DNA of 32,000 nucleotides, taken from Candidatus Kuenenia stuttgartensis. Its GTDB lineage: Bacteria; Planctomycetota; Brocadiia; Brocadiales; Brocadiaceae. The stretch's first letter is position 1. Each line of letters starts with the position of its first letter. A program made the position numbers and the translations under genes. Positions 8,837 to 19,454 of the stretch are shown piece after piece. The notes under the pieces are model-generated. The model made no database searches and was not told where the DNA came from. It saw nothing but the letters and a program-made list of their open reading frames with translations. The stretch lies in assembly GCF_900232105.1 (NCBI RefSeq), contig NZ_LT934425.1, forward strand, positions 2,550,001 to 2,582,000, given 5' to 3'.

Positions 8837-10621
8837 TTATCCTTTTAAAATAGCGTCAAATTTGCAGACTTCATAACACATCCCACACTTAATACAGATT
8901 TTCTGATCAATATGGTGAACCTTTTTCGTCTCTCCGGTTATAGCGTCTACCGGACAGTTTTTATAGCATAAGTGGCAACCAGTACATGCCTCCTCAATAA
9001 CCGAAAATTTGATGAGTTCTTTACATACGCCAGCCCTGCATTTATTTTCTTTAATATGTTCTACATATTCATCTTTAAAATATTTGAGTGTGGTCATAAT
9101 AGGATTAGGGGCTGTTTTTCCCAATCCGCACAGTGAAAGATCTTTGACTTTTTCTGAAAGGCTCTCTAGTTCATCCAAATCAGCCATACCCCCTCTGCCT
9201 TCTGTTATCTTTTCCAGTATCTCAAGCAACCTTTTAGTTCCAATACGGCAGAAGGTACATTTACCGCATGACTCGTTTTGCGTAAAAGTAAGGAAAAATT
9301 TAGCGACATCCACAATACAGGTATCATCATCCATAACTACCATACCGCCGGATCCCATAATTGCACCTGTTACAGAGATACTTTCATAATCTACCGGCGT
9401 ATCAAGCAACCTTTCCGGAACACAACCACCTGAAGGCCCGCCTAATTGAACTGCTTTAAAAGGTTTACCTGAAGATGTCCCCCCACCAATGGTGTATATG
9501 ATATCTCGTAAAGGAGTTCCCATATCAACCTCAATAAGTCCACCTCTGGCAATTTTTCCCGCCAGTGAAAAAACCTTCGTTCCCTTGCTTTTTTCCGTTC
9601 CGTATGAGGCATATATTTTCGCGCCATTATTGATAATCCATGGTACTGAAGCCAGTGTTTCAACATTATTTATATTCGTAGGATACCCCCACAATCCTGA
9701 TCCTGCAGGAAAAGGTGGTTTTAATCTTGGATGTCCGCGTTCGCCCTCTATAGAGGCAATCAGCGCTGTTTCTTCTCCACAAACAAAGGCGCCTGCACCT
9801 TCTTTAATCTTTAAGTGAAAAGAAAATTCACTATTTAATATATTGTGACCTAAAAGGTTTTTTTCTGTTGCCTGACTAATGGCTAATTTTAACCGCTTTA
9901 TCGCCAGAGGATACTCGGCGCGAACATACACATAACCATGTTCTGCACCAATTGCATATCCACCAATTATCAATCCCTCAATTACCTTGTGTGGGTCGCC
10001 TTCCAAAACTGCCCTGTCCATAAATGCGCCGGGATCACCCTCGTCTGCATTGCAGATCATGTATTTTTTTTCTCCGGTGCTATTTCTGGCAAATTGCCAT
10101 TTAAGACCTGTTGGAAATCCAGCACCGCCCCTGCCCCTTAATCCGGAAGTCTTTATCTCCTCGATAACCTGTTGCGGAGACATAGTTCCCAAAACTTTTT
10201 TAACTGCCTCATAGCCGCCTTTTTTAATATAGGGCGCAATATCGTCAGGATCGATAATACCGCAGTTTTCTAAAACAATCTTATGCTGTTTCTGCCGAAA
10301 ATCTTCTCTTCTGTCTGGCTTACTTGAATCTTCGATGATGAATTTTTCATCAATTGCGCCCTGATTAAGGAGGGGATCCAATATCTTGTCTAAATCTTTT
10401 TTATGAACGTTTCCCATCATCAGATGGTTGCCATCGGGATAAAAAACTTCCAGGATTGGTTCTTTAAAACACATTCCATTGCATGATGTGTGGCTTAAAG
10501 AAACATCGGGATTGTTTTCAATTTTTGAGGCTAATTCTCCATAGAGATCCTTAGCCCCTGCTGCTATGCCACAACTTCCTAAACCAATTACAAATCTTAT
10601 GTGCTGATTATTCTTTTCCAT
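8837..10621 (-). CDS. NuoF/HydB-like NAD(H)-binding FMN iron-sulfur subunit
   Basis: 594 aa. GLRGRGGAGFPTGLKW (FMN/NADH site) and ESCGKCTFCR (N3-type 4Fe-4S). N-terminal thioredoxin-like domain (GLGSCGIAAGA). C-terminal CTGCHLCYKNCP and CIKCGMCYEVCK ferredoxin motifs. Confidence 0.9.
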   Translation of the reverse strand: MEKNNQHIRFVIGLGSCGIAAGAKDLYGELASKIENNPDVSLSHTSCNGMCFKEPILEVFYPDGNHLMMGNVHKKDLDKILDPLLNQGAIDEKFIIEDSSKPDRREDFRQKQHKIVLENCGIIDPDDIAPYIKKGGYEAVKKVLGTMSPQQVIEEIKTSGLRGRGGAGFPTGLKWQFARNSTGEKKYMICNADEGDPGAFMDRAVLEGDPHKVIEGLIIGGYAIGAEHGYVYVRAEYPLAIKRLKLAISQATEKNLLGHNILNSEFSFHLKIKEGAGAFVCGEETALIASIEGERGHPRLKPPFPAGSGLWGYPTNINNVETLASVPWIINNGAKIYASYGTEKSKGTKVFSLAGKIARGGLIEVDMGTPLRDIIYTIGGGTSSGKPFKAVQLGGPSGGCVPERLLDTPVDYESISVTGAIMGSGGMVVMDDDTCIVDVAKFFLTFTQNESCGKCTFCRIGTKRLLEILEKITEGRGGMADLDELESLSEKVKDLSLCGLGKTAPNPIMTTLKYFKDEYVEHIKENKCRAGVCKELIKFSVIEEACTGCHLCYKNCPVDAITGETKKVHHIDQKICIKCGMCYEVCKFDAILKG

Positions 10622-11066
10622 ATTTCTTTAGCGTCCCCCGCACTTTTGCTGATGAAAATCCACCAAATACATCTTCATTAATCATAATTACAGGGGCAAG
10701 AGAGCAACACCCTAGACAAGCCACCGTTTCCATGGAAAACGCTCCATCTTCCGTTGTTTGGTCAATATCAATGCCCAGTTGGTCTTTCATCGCTACAATG
10801 GTAATATCAGCGCCTTTCACATGGCAGGCGGTGCCTTTGCACACTTTAATGGCATTTCTCCCTTTGGGGGTTAATTTAAACTGTGCATAAAACGTGGCTA
10901 CGCCATAGAGATGGGATTTTGTTATCTCCGACTCCTCACAAACCTGATCTAAAACATCAAGAGGAAGGTATCCATACTCTTCCTGAATCGACTGTAAAAT
11001 GGGAATAGAAGCTTCTTTTGTATTGCCGCAGATTTCTAAATATTTTTTAACATTGGATTGGGACAT
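10608..11066 (-). CDS. NuoE/HydC-like [2Fe-2S] subunit
   Basis: 152 aa with VCKGTACHVKGA and VACLGCCSLAPV cysteine motifs. Its stop overlaps the start of the NuoF-like gene by 14 nt. Confidence 0.9.
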   Translation of the reverse strand: MSQSNVKKYLEICGNTKEASIPILQSIQEEYGYLPLDVLDQVCEESEITKSHLYGVATFYAQFKLTPKGRNAIKVCKGTACHVKGADITIVAMKDQLGIDIDQTTEDGAFSMETVACLGCCSLAPVIMINEDVFGGFSSAKVRGTLKKYGKE

Positions 11067-11194
11067 TTTTGCACCATTATGCCTTTACAGGATGACAGGG
11101 AAGTTTGGTTTTGATCGATAAACTCTATTATTAAATCACAAAATTATAGAATTACAAGTGTTTTAAATTGTCTTGACAATTATGTCCCAATGTA

Positions 11195-11222
11195 TTGACA
11201 TTAATTGTTATCTTGATATAAT
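11195..11222 (+). promoter_or_regulatory. Candidate sigma-70 promoter for dnaG
   Basis: TTGACA (11195-11200), 16-nt spacer, TATAAT (11217-11222), about 57 nt upstream of the dnaG ATG. Sequence pattern only. Confidence 0.35.
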
Positions 11223-11278
11223 TAAAAAGTTTTAGGATAGCGCAAACAAAATAATTCATCTTACCTATCTCCAATTCA

Positions 11279-13078
11279 ATGGTACATTTTATTCCACAAG
11301 AAAAGATTGCGGAAATTCAGTTTGCCGCAGACATAGTTCAGATCATTTCAGAATACATTCAGTTAAAGCAAAGCGGAAAGGCGTTTATTGGCTTGTGTCC
11401 TTTCCATTCAGAAAAAACACCTTCTTTTTTTGTTAACCCGGATAAGAAACTTTTCAAGTGTTTTGGGTGTGGGGAAGGTGGTACCGTTTTTCAATTTGTC
11501 ATGAAACAGGAAGGGATGGATTTTGTGGAGGCCGTGAAACTGGTAGCCTCAAAATCACGTGTCGACCTTACCCAAATATATGCGAAAGAAACGTCCCTTT
11601 CATCTTCAAAAAAGACGCATCTGTACGAAACAACCAGGTTTGCCGCAACCTTCTATCAGAAGATGTTGCTTGATGCAATGAAGGGGAAAAAGGCCAGAGA
11701 CTATTTGTTGAAACGGAAGATAAATGACCACTCCATCAAAAACTTTTGCATTGGTTATGCTCCGGCAGAATGGGATTCGTTAGTAAAAATGTGCAAAGGG
11801 GGCAATGTTTCGATGTACCAGTTGCAACAGGCAGGATTAATTATACAAAAAAAGGAGCGCGATTCTTACTATGACCGTTTTCGGGACAGACTGATATTTC
11901 CAATACTGGATATAAGAAAGCAGGTGGTGGGTTTTGGAGGGCGGGCGCTGGATGATTCCCTCCCAAAATATTTAAACTCCCCGGAGACGGTTCTTTTTAA
12001 CAAGAGTAATATATTGTACGGCATTGATATTGCGAAAAGTGCCATCTTAAAAAAACAAAAAGTAATTCTCATGGAAGGGTACACCGATGTAATAATGGCG
12101 CATCAGCATGGGATAGAATGGGCTGTGGCGGTTCTTGGGACTGCTATCTCAAAACAACATCTCAGGAGTTTGAGACAATATTGCAGTCGGGTAATACTCC
12201 TTTTAGACGCAGACAGTGCCGGCCAAAAATCTTCGGACAGAAACCTGGATATCTTTATCGAAGAAGAATTTGATGTAAAAATTGCCCAATTGCCGAAGGG
12301 ATATGACCCATGTGATTTTTTGCTGGCGGAAGGTCCCGAAAAGTTCTTATCATATATTGATAGTGCAAAGGACTTTTTTCACTTTAAAATAGAATTTGCC
12401 GCAACTAAATGGGACATGTCCACCGTACATGGCAAGGCAAATGCTCTTAACAATGTGCTTGCTACAGCCATGAAGACGCCTGATGCTATAAAACGCAACC
12501 TGCTTATCAAATTAATTTCAGAAGAAATGTCTATCGATGAAGCAGCCTTGTGGTCACATATAAAAAATGTTAAAAGGCCTCTTTCTGTTCCTGCCAACAA
12601 CAATAACCAGAAAACAAAGCAGAGGCTGGATGCTTCTTCTATGGCTGAACGGGAAATTTTATATTTGATGTTATCTTGCAACAGCCTTATACCACGGATA
12701 ATAAACGAAAAGATTCCGGAAGAGTTTGATAACAAAGATTTCCTTGAGATAGCGGGAAGAATAGTAGAAATATATCAGAAAAACAAGGCCGTCAAAGAAG
12801 AAGATGTACTGCATTCAATTGGCGAAGCGCGGCTGAATAAGTTGCTGGTTGACATTGTTACCACCCGGGAATTTCAAGACATGACCGATTACAGAGATAG
12901 ATTGGAGGCATGTATTCTTTTCTTCAAAAGACGAAACAGAAGAAAGGATATTCATATTACAAAGAAAAAGATGCTGGAAACTGCACGGTCTTCTCATAAA
13001 GAAGAAGATATTGTTATGCTGCTGGAAGAATATCATAAAAAGAGCAGAAATATTCACGCGTTAAAAAATAAACCCTAG
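11279..13078 (+). CDS. dnaG: DNA primase
   Basis: 599 aa. CHC2 zinc finger CPFHSEKTPSFFVNPDKKLFKCFGCGEGG. Toprim motifs MEGYTDVIMAHQHG and LLLDADSAGQ. Confidence 0.93.
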   Translation: MVHFIPQEKIAEIQFAADIVQIISEYIQLKQSGKAFIGLCPFHSEKTPSFFVNPDKKLFKCFGCGEGGTVFQFVMKQEGMDFVEAVKLVASKSRVDLTQIYAKETSLSSSKKTHLYETTRFAATFYQKMLLDAMKGKKARDYLLKRKINDHSIKNFCIGYAPAEWDSLVKMCKGGNVSMYQLQQAGLIIQKKERDSYYDRFRDRLIFPILDIRKQVVGFGGRALDDSLPKYLNSPETVLFNKSNILYGIDIAKSAILKKQKVILMEGYTDVIMAHQHGIEWAVAVLGTAISKQHLRSLRQYCSRVILLLDADSAGQKSSDRNLDIFIEEEFDVKIAQLPKGYDPCDFLLAEGPEKFLSYIDSAKDFFHFKIEFAATKWDMSTVHGKANALNNVLATAMKTPDAIKRNLLIKLISEEMSIDEAALWSHIKNVKRPLSVPANNNNQKTKQRLDASSMAEREILYLMLSCNSLIPRIINEKIPEEFDNKDFLEIAGRIVEIYQKNKAVKEEDVLHSIGEARLNKLLVDIVTTREFQDMTDYRDRLEACILFFKRRNRRKDIHITKKKMLETARSSHKEEDIVMLLEEYHKKSRNIHALKNKP

Positions 13079-13112
13079 TATCTCGTTTCTGTAAAATGCA
13101 TACACCAAACAA

Positions 13113-13195
13113 TGTCATTGCAAAGAGTGGTACGGCGAAGCAATCTCTTGTTTCTCAAAAGACTTAAGAGTGCTTTCATGGCGCTTGCAATGAGG
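13113..13195. repeat. Miniature copy of the cattgc(g/a)ag...cgaagcaatc repeat family in the dnaG-rpoD spacer
   Basis: tgtcattgcaaagagtggtacggcgaagcaatc (13113-13145) resembles the 41-bp arm at 2569-2599 (tgtcattgcgagggctttttccgaagcaatc). An inverted partial arm, cttgcaatgagg, lies at 13184-13195. Confidence 0.5.
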
Positions 13196-13348
13196 GTATG
13201 GGTAAACATTTTGCCGAAGCGATATACGAGCGTCATTTTTAATTGCATTAAAATTATGAAATAAAGTTTAAGTGGGCAGGCTAAATGAATATTTCCCCGC
13301 TTTATTTTATAGGATGAGATGAATAGTATAGGGAGGTCTAATCTCTGA

Positions 13349-15004
13349 ATGGAAAACTTGAATCAAAAAATCAAACTACTTACGCAAAAGGGTAAAGAAA
13401 AAGGGTATTTAACCTACGAAGAACTCAACGATATGTTGCCTGATGATGCAGAGATTCCACCAGGAAAAATAGACGATATATTGATGATGCTGGACGAACT
13501 GGGAATCGATCTGATTGACGAGGCGGATATTGAAGGTCGTGAAGTTGTTGATTCTGAAGAAGCAGAACATTATTCGGAAAGCGAATTCGGATTTGGCGAG
13601 GTTTCCACTGTTACGGAGAAGATAGATGATCCCGTTCGGATGTATTTAACCCAGATGGGAGAGATTCCACTTCTTACGCGGGATGAGGAAATCATGCTTG
13701 CAAAAAAAATAGAGATTACACGTCGTGGGTTTTTGAAAAAGGTTTTGCATTCTGACCTTTCTTTGCAGACCTGTTTGAAGATAGTTGAGGATGTAAACAA
13801 TGGGGAGCTTTCCTTTGACCGTACGCTAAAAGTTGACGCAATGGTGGAAAATTACAAAGATGACATTCTGGAGGAGTTTCCCAGAAGCGCAAAATATTTA
13901 CGGTCAATTATTCAAAAAAATAAGGAAGATTATCAACGGCTGAAACGAAAACAAACACCGGAGAAAGAAAAAATAAAGCTGTTAAGAACGATCCGGAATA
14001 GAAGACGGAAGGGCATCCGCCGTCTCGAAGAAATTAATATTCGAACAAAAAGAATACAACCGATGATGAAGCGACTCCAGGAGATCGCGCTCGAAATGGA
14101 GCAGCTTGAACAACAGATTGGAGAGAAAAATGGCCGCTCAAAAGCTAATAATCATTATAAGGAATTAGAGGAACAATATCTGGCTCTGGAGAATACCGTT
14201 TTAGAGACGGGCGAACGTTTGAAACGGCGCCTGCTTTCTATCGAAAGTATTTACAAGGAACATGAGTCAGCAAAAAGAAAGCTTTCAGGGGCAAATCTTA
14301 GATTGGTGGTGAGCATTGCGAAAAAATACAGGAATCGCGGCCTGAGTTTTCTCGATCTTATTCAGGAGGGAAACACAGGGCTTATGCGTGCAGTGGACAA
14401 GTATGAATACCGGCGCGGATATAAATTCAGCACCTATGCAACGTGGTGGATACGGCAGGCCATTACCCGCTCCATTGCGGATCAGGCGAGAACTATCCGC
14501 ATTCCTGTACATATGATCGAGACCATGAGCAAGATACGTAATATTTCAAAAAAACTGTTACAGGATAAAGGACGGGAACCTACAATAGAAGAGATTGCAC
14601 GAGAGGTAAAGATTTCCGTGCCAGAGGCGAGAAGGGTACTGAAAATATCCCGGCATCAGATTTCGCTGGACCGTCCCGTTGGCGAGAGCGAAGACAGTTC
14701 TTTCGGAGATTTTATTGAAGATGAAAAGGCAGAATCGCCGGTTGCCGCGGCAACACAGGAAATGCTAAAAGACAAGATTGAATCGGTGCTGGAAACGCTG
14801 ACATACCGTGAGAGGGAGATTATAAAACTTCGTTATGGCATAGGGGATGGTTATACATATACACTGGAAGAAGTTGGAAAGATTTTTAAGGTAACAAGAG
14901 AAAGAGTGCGGCAAATAGAGGCAAAAGCGGTGAGGAAATTACAGCATCCGATCAGAAGCAGAAAGCTGGAAGGGTTTTTGGATGGCATTGGCAGTACTAT
15001 TTAA
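13349..15004 (+). CDS. rpoD: Primary RNA polymerase sigma factor (sigma-70)
   Basis: 551 aa. Region 2 [27 protein letters not shown]. Region 4.2 [33 protein letters not shown] lies upstream of the ATG. Confidence 0.95.
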   Translation: MENLNQKIKLLTQKGKEKGYLTYEELNDMLPDDAEIPPGKIDDILMMLDELGIDLIDEADIEGREVVDSEEAEHYSESEFGFGEVSTVTEKIDDPVRMYLTQMGEIPLLTRDEEIMLAKKIEITRRGFLKKVLHSDLSLQTCLKIVEDVNNGELSFDRTLKVDAMVENYKDDILEEFPRSAKYLRSIIQKNKEDYQRLKRKQTPEKEKIKLLRTIRNRRRKGIRRLEEINIRTKRIQPMMKRLQEIALEMEQLEQQIGEKNGRSKANNHYKELEEQYLALENTVLETGERLKRRLLSIESIYKEHESAKRKLSGANLRLVVSIAKKYRNRGLSFLDLIQEGNTGLMRAVDKYEYRRGYKFSTYATWWIRQAITRSIADQARTIRIPVHMIETMSKIRNISKKLLQDKGREPTIEEIAREVKISVPEARRVLKISRHQISLDRPVGESEDSSFGDFIEDEKAESPVAAATQEMLKDKIESVLETLTYREREIIKLRYGIGDGYTYTLEEVGKIFKVTRERVRQIEAKAVRKLQHPIRSRKLEGFLDGIGSTI

Positions 15005-15057
15005 AATGTGATTTAGTAAATCCAATATGGACTATTCATAAAAGTGATGGGAAATCA

Positions 15058-15786
15058 ATGAGTGAAAAAATAGAGACGCTTCGCAGATTACAATCAATAG
15101 ATAGCAAGCTGAAAAGGTTGGAAGGCGATAAGCTATACAGAGCCCATGATATAGAGAAAAAGAAGGGCGAAATTAAAAAAAAGAGGGACGAGCTGGCAGA
15201 TATTGTGCGGGATATAAAGAATTATCAAAAGAACATTGGCATGAAAGAACTCGAACTGAAAACGAAAGAGGGAGAAATTGATAAATTAAACGTACAGATG
15301 AATCAGGCAAAAACGAATAAAGAATTCAGTGCGTTTAAGACGGAGATCGGGGGGAAGGAAGCGGATAAATCTCTCATAGAAGACGCCATACTTGGAATGA
15401 TAACAAAGCTTGAGGAAATGCAGCAACGGCAAAGCACGTTTGAAAAAGAAATTGAGCATGAAGAAGTTCTTTTAATAGAACTTCAAAAGAAGGTAGAAAC
15501 TGATATGAAAGCAATGGATGCAGAAATTGTAGCGCTCAAAGAAAAACGGAATAAATTCGCAGCGCTCCTCGATAATAATACATTGCAACAATATGACAGA
15601 TTGACAAACAATAAGGACGGCATTGCTGTAGTGGGTGTCGTAAATAAGGTATGCCAGAGTTGTTTCATGTCCGTTACCTCTCAAACAATCAACCTGCTTA
15701 TGTCGAATAAAGATATCACGTACTGCCACAGTTGCGGCCGCATTTTATATTTGGATGACGGCAGCAATGATCGGGAAGAATTATAA
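15058..15786 (+). CDS. Coiled-coil protein with a C-terminal C4 zinc ribbon (COG1579/DUF164-like)
   Basis: 242 aa. A long K/E-rich coiled coil is followed by CQSCFMS...CHSCGRILY (two CxxC pairs). Confidence 0.7.
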   Translation: MSEKIETLRRLQSIDSKLKRLEGDKLYRAHDIEKKKGEIKKKRDELADIVRDIKNYQKNIGMKELELKTKEGEIDKLNVQMNQAKTNKEFSAFKTEIGGKEADKSLIEDAILGMITKLEEMQQRQSTFEKEIEHEEVLLIELQKKVETDMKAMDAEIVALKEKRNKFAALLDNNTLQQYDRLTNNKDGIAVVGVVNKVCQSCFMSVTSQTINLLMSNKDITYCHSCGRILYLDDGSNDREEL

Positions 15787-15796
15787 AAAAGTATAA

Positions 15797-16176
15797 AAGT
15801 AGACGAGGTGATCGCCGGTTATAATGAATCTTCGGATTTATTATTGGACGGGAGGAAAGTCCGAGCTCCATAGGGCGCAGTGCTCCGTAACGCGGAGTCC
15901 CGGCGACGGGAAGGAAAGTGCAACAGAAAATATACCGTCTCATCTTTTTTTCGATGGGATAAGGGTGAAATGGCGGGGCCGAAAGGCTTAATGTAAGAGC
16001 CCACCGCTCCGGCGGCGACGTTGGAGGCATGGCAAACCCCACTGGGAGAAAGGCCAAATAGGGAGGGATGAAGCTGCCCGCTTCGCTATACCTTCGGGTA
16101 GGCCGTTAGATCTCGCTGGCAACAACGAGGCTAGATGAATGATCACCCACGACAAGACTCGGCTTATTGTCTACTT
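15797..16176 (+). ncRNA. rnpB: RNase P RNA, bacterial type A
   Basis: Conserved blocks GGAGGAAAGTCCGAGCTCCATAGGGC, ACAGAAAATATACCG, GATAAGGGTGAAA, GCAAACCCCAC and ACAAGACTCGGCTTAT. The 5' aagtagac pairs with the 3' gtctactt (P1), and gaggtgatc pairs with gatcaccc (P2). ORF-track entries 15716-16057 and 15819-16004 are shadows of this RNA. Confidence 0.9.
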
Positions 16177-16184
16177 TTACCAAT

Positions 16185-16220
16185 AAATCCCCTGCGGCGT
16201 GAAACTGCCGCAGGGGATTT
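16185..16220 (+). terminator. Hairpin immediately after rnpB
   Basis: aaatcccctgcggc / gtgaaact / gccgcaggggattt is a perfect 14-bp stem. It is followed by atattgttg, a weak T tract. Confidence 0.5.
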
Positions 16221-16358
16221 ATATTGTTGTGATGTAAAAACCTCTTTTTTGCATATCCTTACCAACATTTTTCATATTCTGGCAAGGTATGTTGATGTAT
16301 TCAAAATGTTCATGGGTTTATTTTTATAGATGCATGTATACCACCGATGTTTATGTTG

Positions 16359-17123
16359 TCATCCTCTCCTTATTGCGATATTCTTTCCGATTAAATACTC
16401 TTTTACTTCCCGCATAGAAATTTCTCTGTAATGAAATATCGATGCCGCCAGGGCAGCATCCGCCTTTCCCACGGTGAAGACATCATAAAAATGTTCTCGT
16501 TTTCCGGCGCCACCAGATGCAATAATCGGTATGTTTACTGATTCCGAGATCGTTTTGTTCAACTCAATGCCGTATCCGTCTTTCGTACCGTCATGATCCA
16601 TACTGGTAAGAAGTATCTCTCCCGCACCCCTCTCCTCCATTTCAATTGCCCAGCGAACGGCATCTAATCCGGTTGGCGTTCTGCCGCCATTGATATATAC
16701 CTCCCATTTTACGTTATTTGGTACCTGCTTAACGTCTATGGCAACCACGATGCACTGCCTTCCAAATCTTCTGGAAGCTTCCGTGACAAATTCAGGATTT
16801 TTTACCGCAGCGGTGTTAATTGAAACCTTGTCAGCGCCTGCATTTAATAACCGGCGAATATCCTCAATGTTTCTAATCCCTCCCCCTACAGTAAAGGGAA
16901 TAAATACCTGTTCTGCCGTCTTTCGGACAACATCCAGAATAATATCCCTTTTCTCATGAGACGCAGTAATGTCAAGAAAGGTTAATTCGTCAGCGCCTTC
17001 TTTATCATATAAAGAGGCTATTTCTACCGGGTCGCCTGCATCCTTCAGGTTTACAAAATTTGTTCCTTTCACGACACGCCCGTCTTTGACGTCAAGGCAA
17101 GGTATGATTCTTTTCGCAAGCAT
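16359..17123 (-). CDS. hisF: Imidazole glycerol phosphate synthase cyclase subunit
   Basis: 254 aa, starts [20 protein letters not shown] and contains [12 protein letters not shown] and IASGGAG. Confidence 0.93.
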   Translation of the reverse strand: MLAKRIIPCLDVKDGRVVKGTNFVNLKDAGDPVEIASLYDKEGADELTFLDITASHEKRDIILDVVRKTAEQVFIPFTVGGGIRNIEDIRRLLNAGADKVSINTAAVKNPEFVTEASRRFGRQCIVVAIDVKQVPNNVKWEVYINGGRTPTGLDAVRWAIEMEERGAGEILLTSMDHDGTKDGYGIELNKTISESVNIPIIASGGAGKREHFYDVFTVGKADAALAASIFHYREISMREVKEYLIGKNIAIRRG

Positions 17124-17225
17124 ATTTATTTAATTGTCCCTATTCATAATAGGAAGGGAAGTAGTAATTGTTTTTTGAGGGTTAACAATGTTGGAGCACA
17201 TGAAAATGATCTGACGGGAAAAAGA

Positions 17226-17987
17226 TTAAAAATCCTTTTCTGGACTGCTTGCATTTGCGTAAAGTTTTTTAGGGATACGGCCGGCAAGATAGGCAAAACG
17301 ACCCGCTTCGCAGGCCAATTTCATGGCTATTGCCATCTTCACAGGATCTTTTGCATGGGCAATGCCTGTATTCAACAGCACGCCTTCACAGCCAAGCTCC
17401 ATCGCCATTGCAACATCTGATGCAGTACCAACACCTGCGTCAACAATGATGGGGATTTTGGCGGATTCAAGAATAATCCTTATATTGTTTCTGTTAAGGA
17501 TGCCCTGTCCTGACCCAATAGGAGAACCTGCAGGCATAACGCAGGTAGCTCCGGCATCTTCCAGTTTTTTCGCAACAATAGGATCGTCAGAAGTGTATAC
17601 CAGTACGGTAAAACCTTCATTGACCAATACCTTTGTTGCTTTCAGTGTATCTATAGGATCAGGCAAAAGCGTTCTCTCGTCGCCGAGAACTTCCAGCTTA
17701 ATCATGTCGGATAGCCCTGTTTCACGGGCAAGGTGTGCAACCCTGATTGCTTCATCGGCAGAATAACATCCTGCCGTGTTGGGCAAAATTGTGTATTTAT
17801 TTGTATCAATGTAATCAAACAGGGATTCCGATTCGTTGATTTTTGCTCTTCTGACAGCAACTGTAATCACTTCAGCGCCGCTAGCCTCTAAAGCCTTTGC
17901 CATTATATCAAGAGTGGGGTATTTCCCAGTGCCAACGAAAAGCCTGGATGTAAATTTACGACTGCCGATCGTTAACCTTTTATCCAT
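17226..17987 (-). CDS. thiG: Thiazole synthase
   Basis: 253 aa with [28 protein letters not shown] and VLLNTGIA. Confidence 0.92.
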   Translation of the reverse strand: MDKRLTIGSRKFTSRLFVGTGKYPTLDIMAKALEASGAEVITVAVRRAKINESESLFDYIDTNKYTILPNTAGCYSADEAIRVAHLARETGLSDMIKLEVLGDERTLLPDPIDTLKATKVLVNEGFTVLVYTSDDPIVAKKLEDAGATCVMPAGSPIGSGQGILNRNNIRIILESAKIPIIVDAGVGTASDVAMAMELGCEGVLLNTGIAHAKDPVKMAIAMKLACEAGRFAYLAGRIPKKLYANASSPEKDF

Positions 17988-18006
17988 GTTCCCTCTTTTT
18001 TTTGTA

Positions 18007-18207
18007 TTAACCGCCGCCTACAAAAGTAACCACTTCCAGCACATCTGTATCTTTTACTATTCGGGAAGAATGCTCCTTGCGCGGGATAATTTGTGCATTT
18101 AACTCTACCGCAGTGCGATGCTTATCAATAGTATACAACTCCAGCAGTTTTTCGATAGTAGTCCCCGCAGGACATTCTTTTATTTCACCGTTTAAGGTAA
18201 TTCTCAT
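18007..18207 (-). CDS. thiS: Sulfur-carrier protein ThiS
   Basis: The track ORF runs to 18261. MRITLNGE starting at 18207 gives the usual 66-aa ThiS ending in VGGG, with AGGAAG 5 nt upstream. Confidence 0.8.
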   Translation of the reverse strand: MRITLNGEIKECPAGTTIEKLLELYTIDKHRTAVELNAQIIPRKEHSSRIVKDTDVLEVVTFVGGG

Positions 18208-18382
18208 TCTTTCTTCCTGGCCGCAGATGTCTTTTTTATCCATCACAAATTCTCCTCCCACCCCGCTATAAAATGGGGAGTTTCCTATAACACTACAATA
18301 AATTCTCAGGCAAAAATGTTAATGTATATAAAAATGAAATGCAAGTGAAAAGAACGGCCTGAAAAGAAGTTTTGCAAAGGGT

Positions 18383-18411
18383 TTGACAATAAGTTGCAAC
18401 TGTTTTAAAAT
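18383..18411 (+). promoter_or_regulatory. Candidate sigma-70 promoter for the nrnA-like/UDG pair
   Basis: TTGACA (18383-18388), 17-nt spacer, TAAAAT (18406-18411), about 40 nt upstream of the ATG at 18451. Pattern only. Confidence 0.35.
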
Positions 18412-18450
18412 CCGGTTTGTTCATTATTTTAAAAATACCATATATGAAAA

Positions 18451-19449
18451 ATGAAACCTTCCGACACGACCCTACGTAAAGACGAAATCGTCAAAATAAT
18501 CAATCAGCATAAACGTTTCTATATTACCACGCATGTCCGTGCAGATGGAGATGCGCTGGGTTCAGAAATAGCCCTTTTTTATGTCCTTAGACAATTGAAT
18601 AAATCTGTTTACATTGTGAACGAATCTATCGTTCCCAATATTTATAAATGGATCGCCCCTACCTCCGGAATGTATATTTATCCGGATATTCCTTCAGAAA
18701 AACCAGAAGTAGTTTTCTGTCTGGATTGTCCTACGCTTGCCAGAATTGGAAAGATTGCTGATTTCGTGCCAAAAGACGCCGCCATAATAAACATCGATCA
18801 CCACATATCAAATGAGCTTTTTGGTGACATCAACTGGGTGCTTGAAGATATGAGTTCCACAGGAGAAATGATATTATCCCTTATTAAAGAAATGGATATT
18901 ACCATTACCCCTGATATTGCCACGGCGATATATATTGCTATTGTGACCGATACCGGAAGATTCACCCATAGCAATACGACTCCGGCTGTCTTTCTGGCGG
19001 TGGCATTTCTTCTGGAGCATGGGGCAAGACATGCGGAAATATCTAAAAATGTTTACAACACAAATTCCTTTCGCTTATTGCAATTGTACGCGCAAGCGCT
19101 TAATACAATAGAACTGCATTTGGATAATAAGGTTGCTACCGTATTCCTTACAAAAGAAATGCTGGAAGAAGCAAAGGTTGATCCTATCGATACACACGAA
19201 TTTGCGGATATCCCCGTTTCAATAGATGGGGTTTCTGTGGGGATATTATTCCGCGATGTGACGTCATCTCATTTTGTCAAAGTAAGTATGCGGAGCAGAA
19301 ACGGTTTTAATGTAAACAAGATTGCAATGAAATTTGGCGGAGGGGGGCACAAATACGCTTCAGGCTGTGAAATAGAAGGAAGCATTAAAGATGCGCAGCG
19401 ATTAATACTCGGGGAAATTAAAAAAGCTTTACAGGAAGGCTCTTATTAG
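18451..19449 (+). CDS. nrnA: DHH/DHHA1 phosphoesterase (NrnA-like oligoribonuclease / pAp phosphatase)
   Basis: 332 aa. HVRADGDALGS, NIDHHISN (DHH) and GGGGHKYASG (DHHA1 GGGH). Confidence 0.75.
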   Translation: MKPSDTTLRKDEIVKIINQHKRFYITTHVRADGDALGSEIALFYVLRQLNKSVYIVNESIVPNIYKWIAPTSGMYIYPDIPSEKPEVVFCLDCPTLARIGKIADFVPKDAAIINIDHHISNELFGDINWVLEDMSSTGEMILSLIKEMDITITPDIATAIYIAIVTDTGRFTHSNTTPAVFLAVAFLLEHGARHAEISKNVYNTNSFRLLQLYAQALNTIELHLDNKVATVFLTKEMLEEAKVDPIDTHEFADIPVSIDGVSVGILFRDVTSSHFVKVSMRSRNGFNVNKIAMKFGGGGHKYASGCEIEGSIKDAQRLILGEIKKALQEGSY

Positions 19450-19454
19450 AATCA

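Noticed and set aside
15716-16057. 113-aa and 61-aa minus-strand ORFs
   Set aside because: They lie entirely within the RNase P RNA gene, whose conserved blocks and P1/P2 pairings are clear.
17323-17766. 147-aa plus-strand ORF
   Set aside because: It is antisense to thiG. Like the other long antisense ORFs listed in the track (for example 9009-9389, 9489-9818, 7728-8054, 12379-12735), it lacks motifs and an SD.
18208-18450. TPP riboswitch expected upstream of thiS-thiG
   Set aside because: The minus-strand leader contains only a cctgaga string. The conserved ACCUGAUCUGGAUAAUGCCAGCG-type core and the pairing partners were not found.
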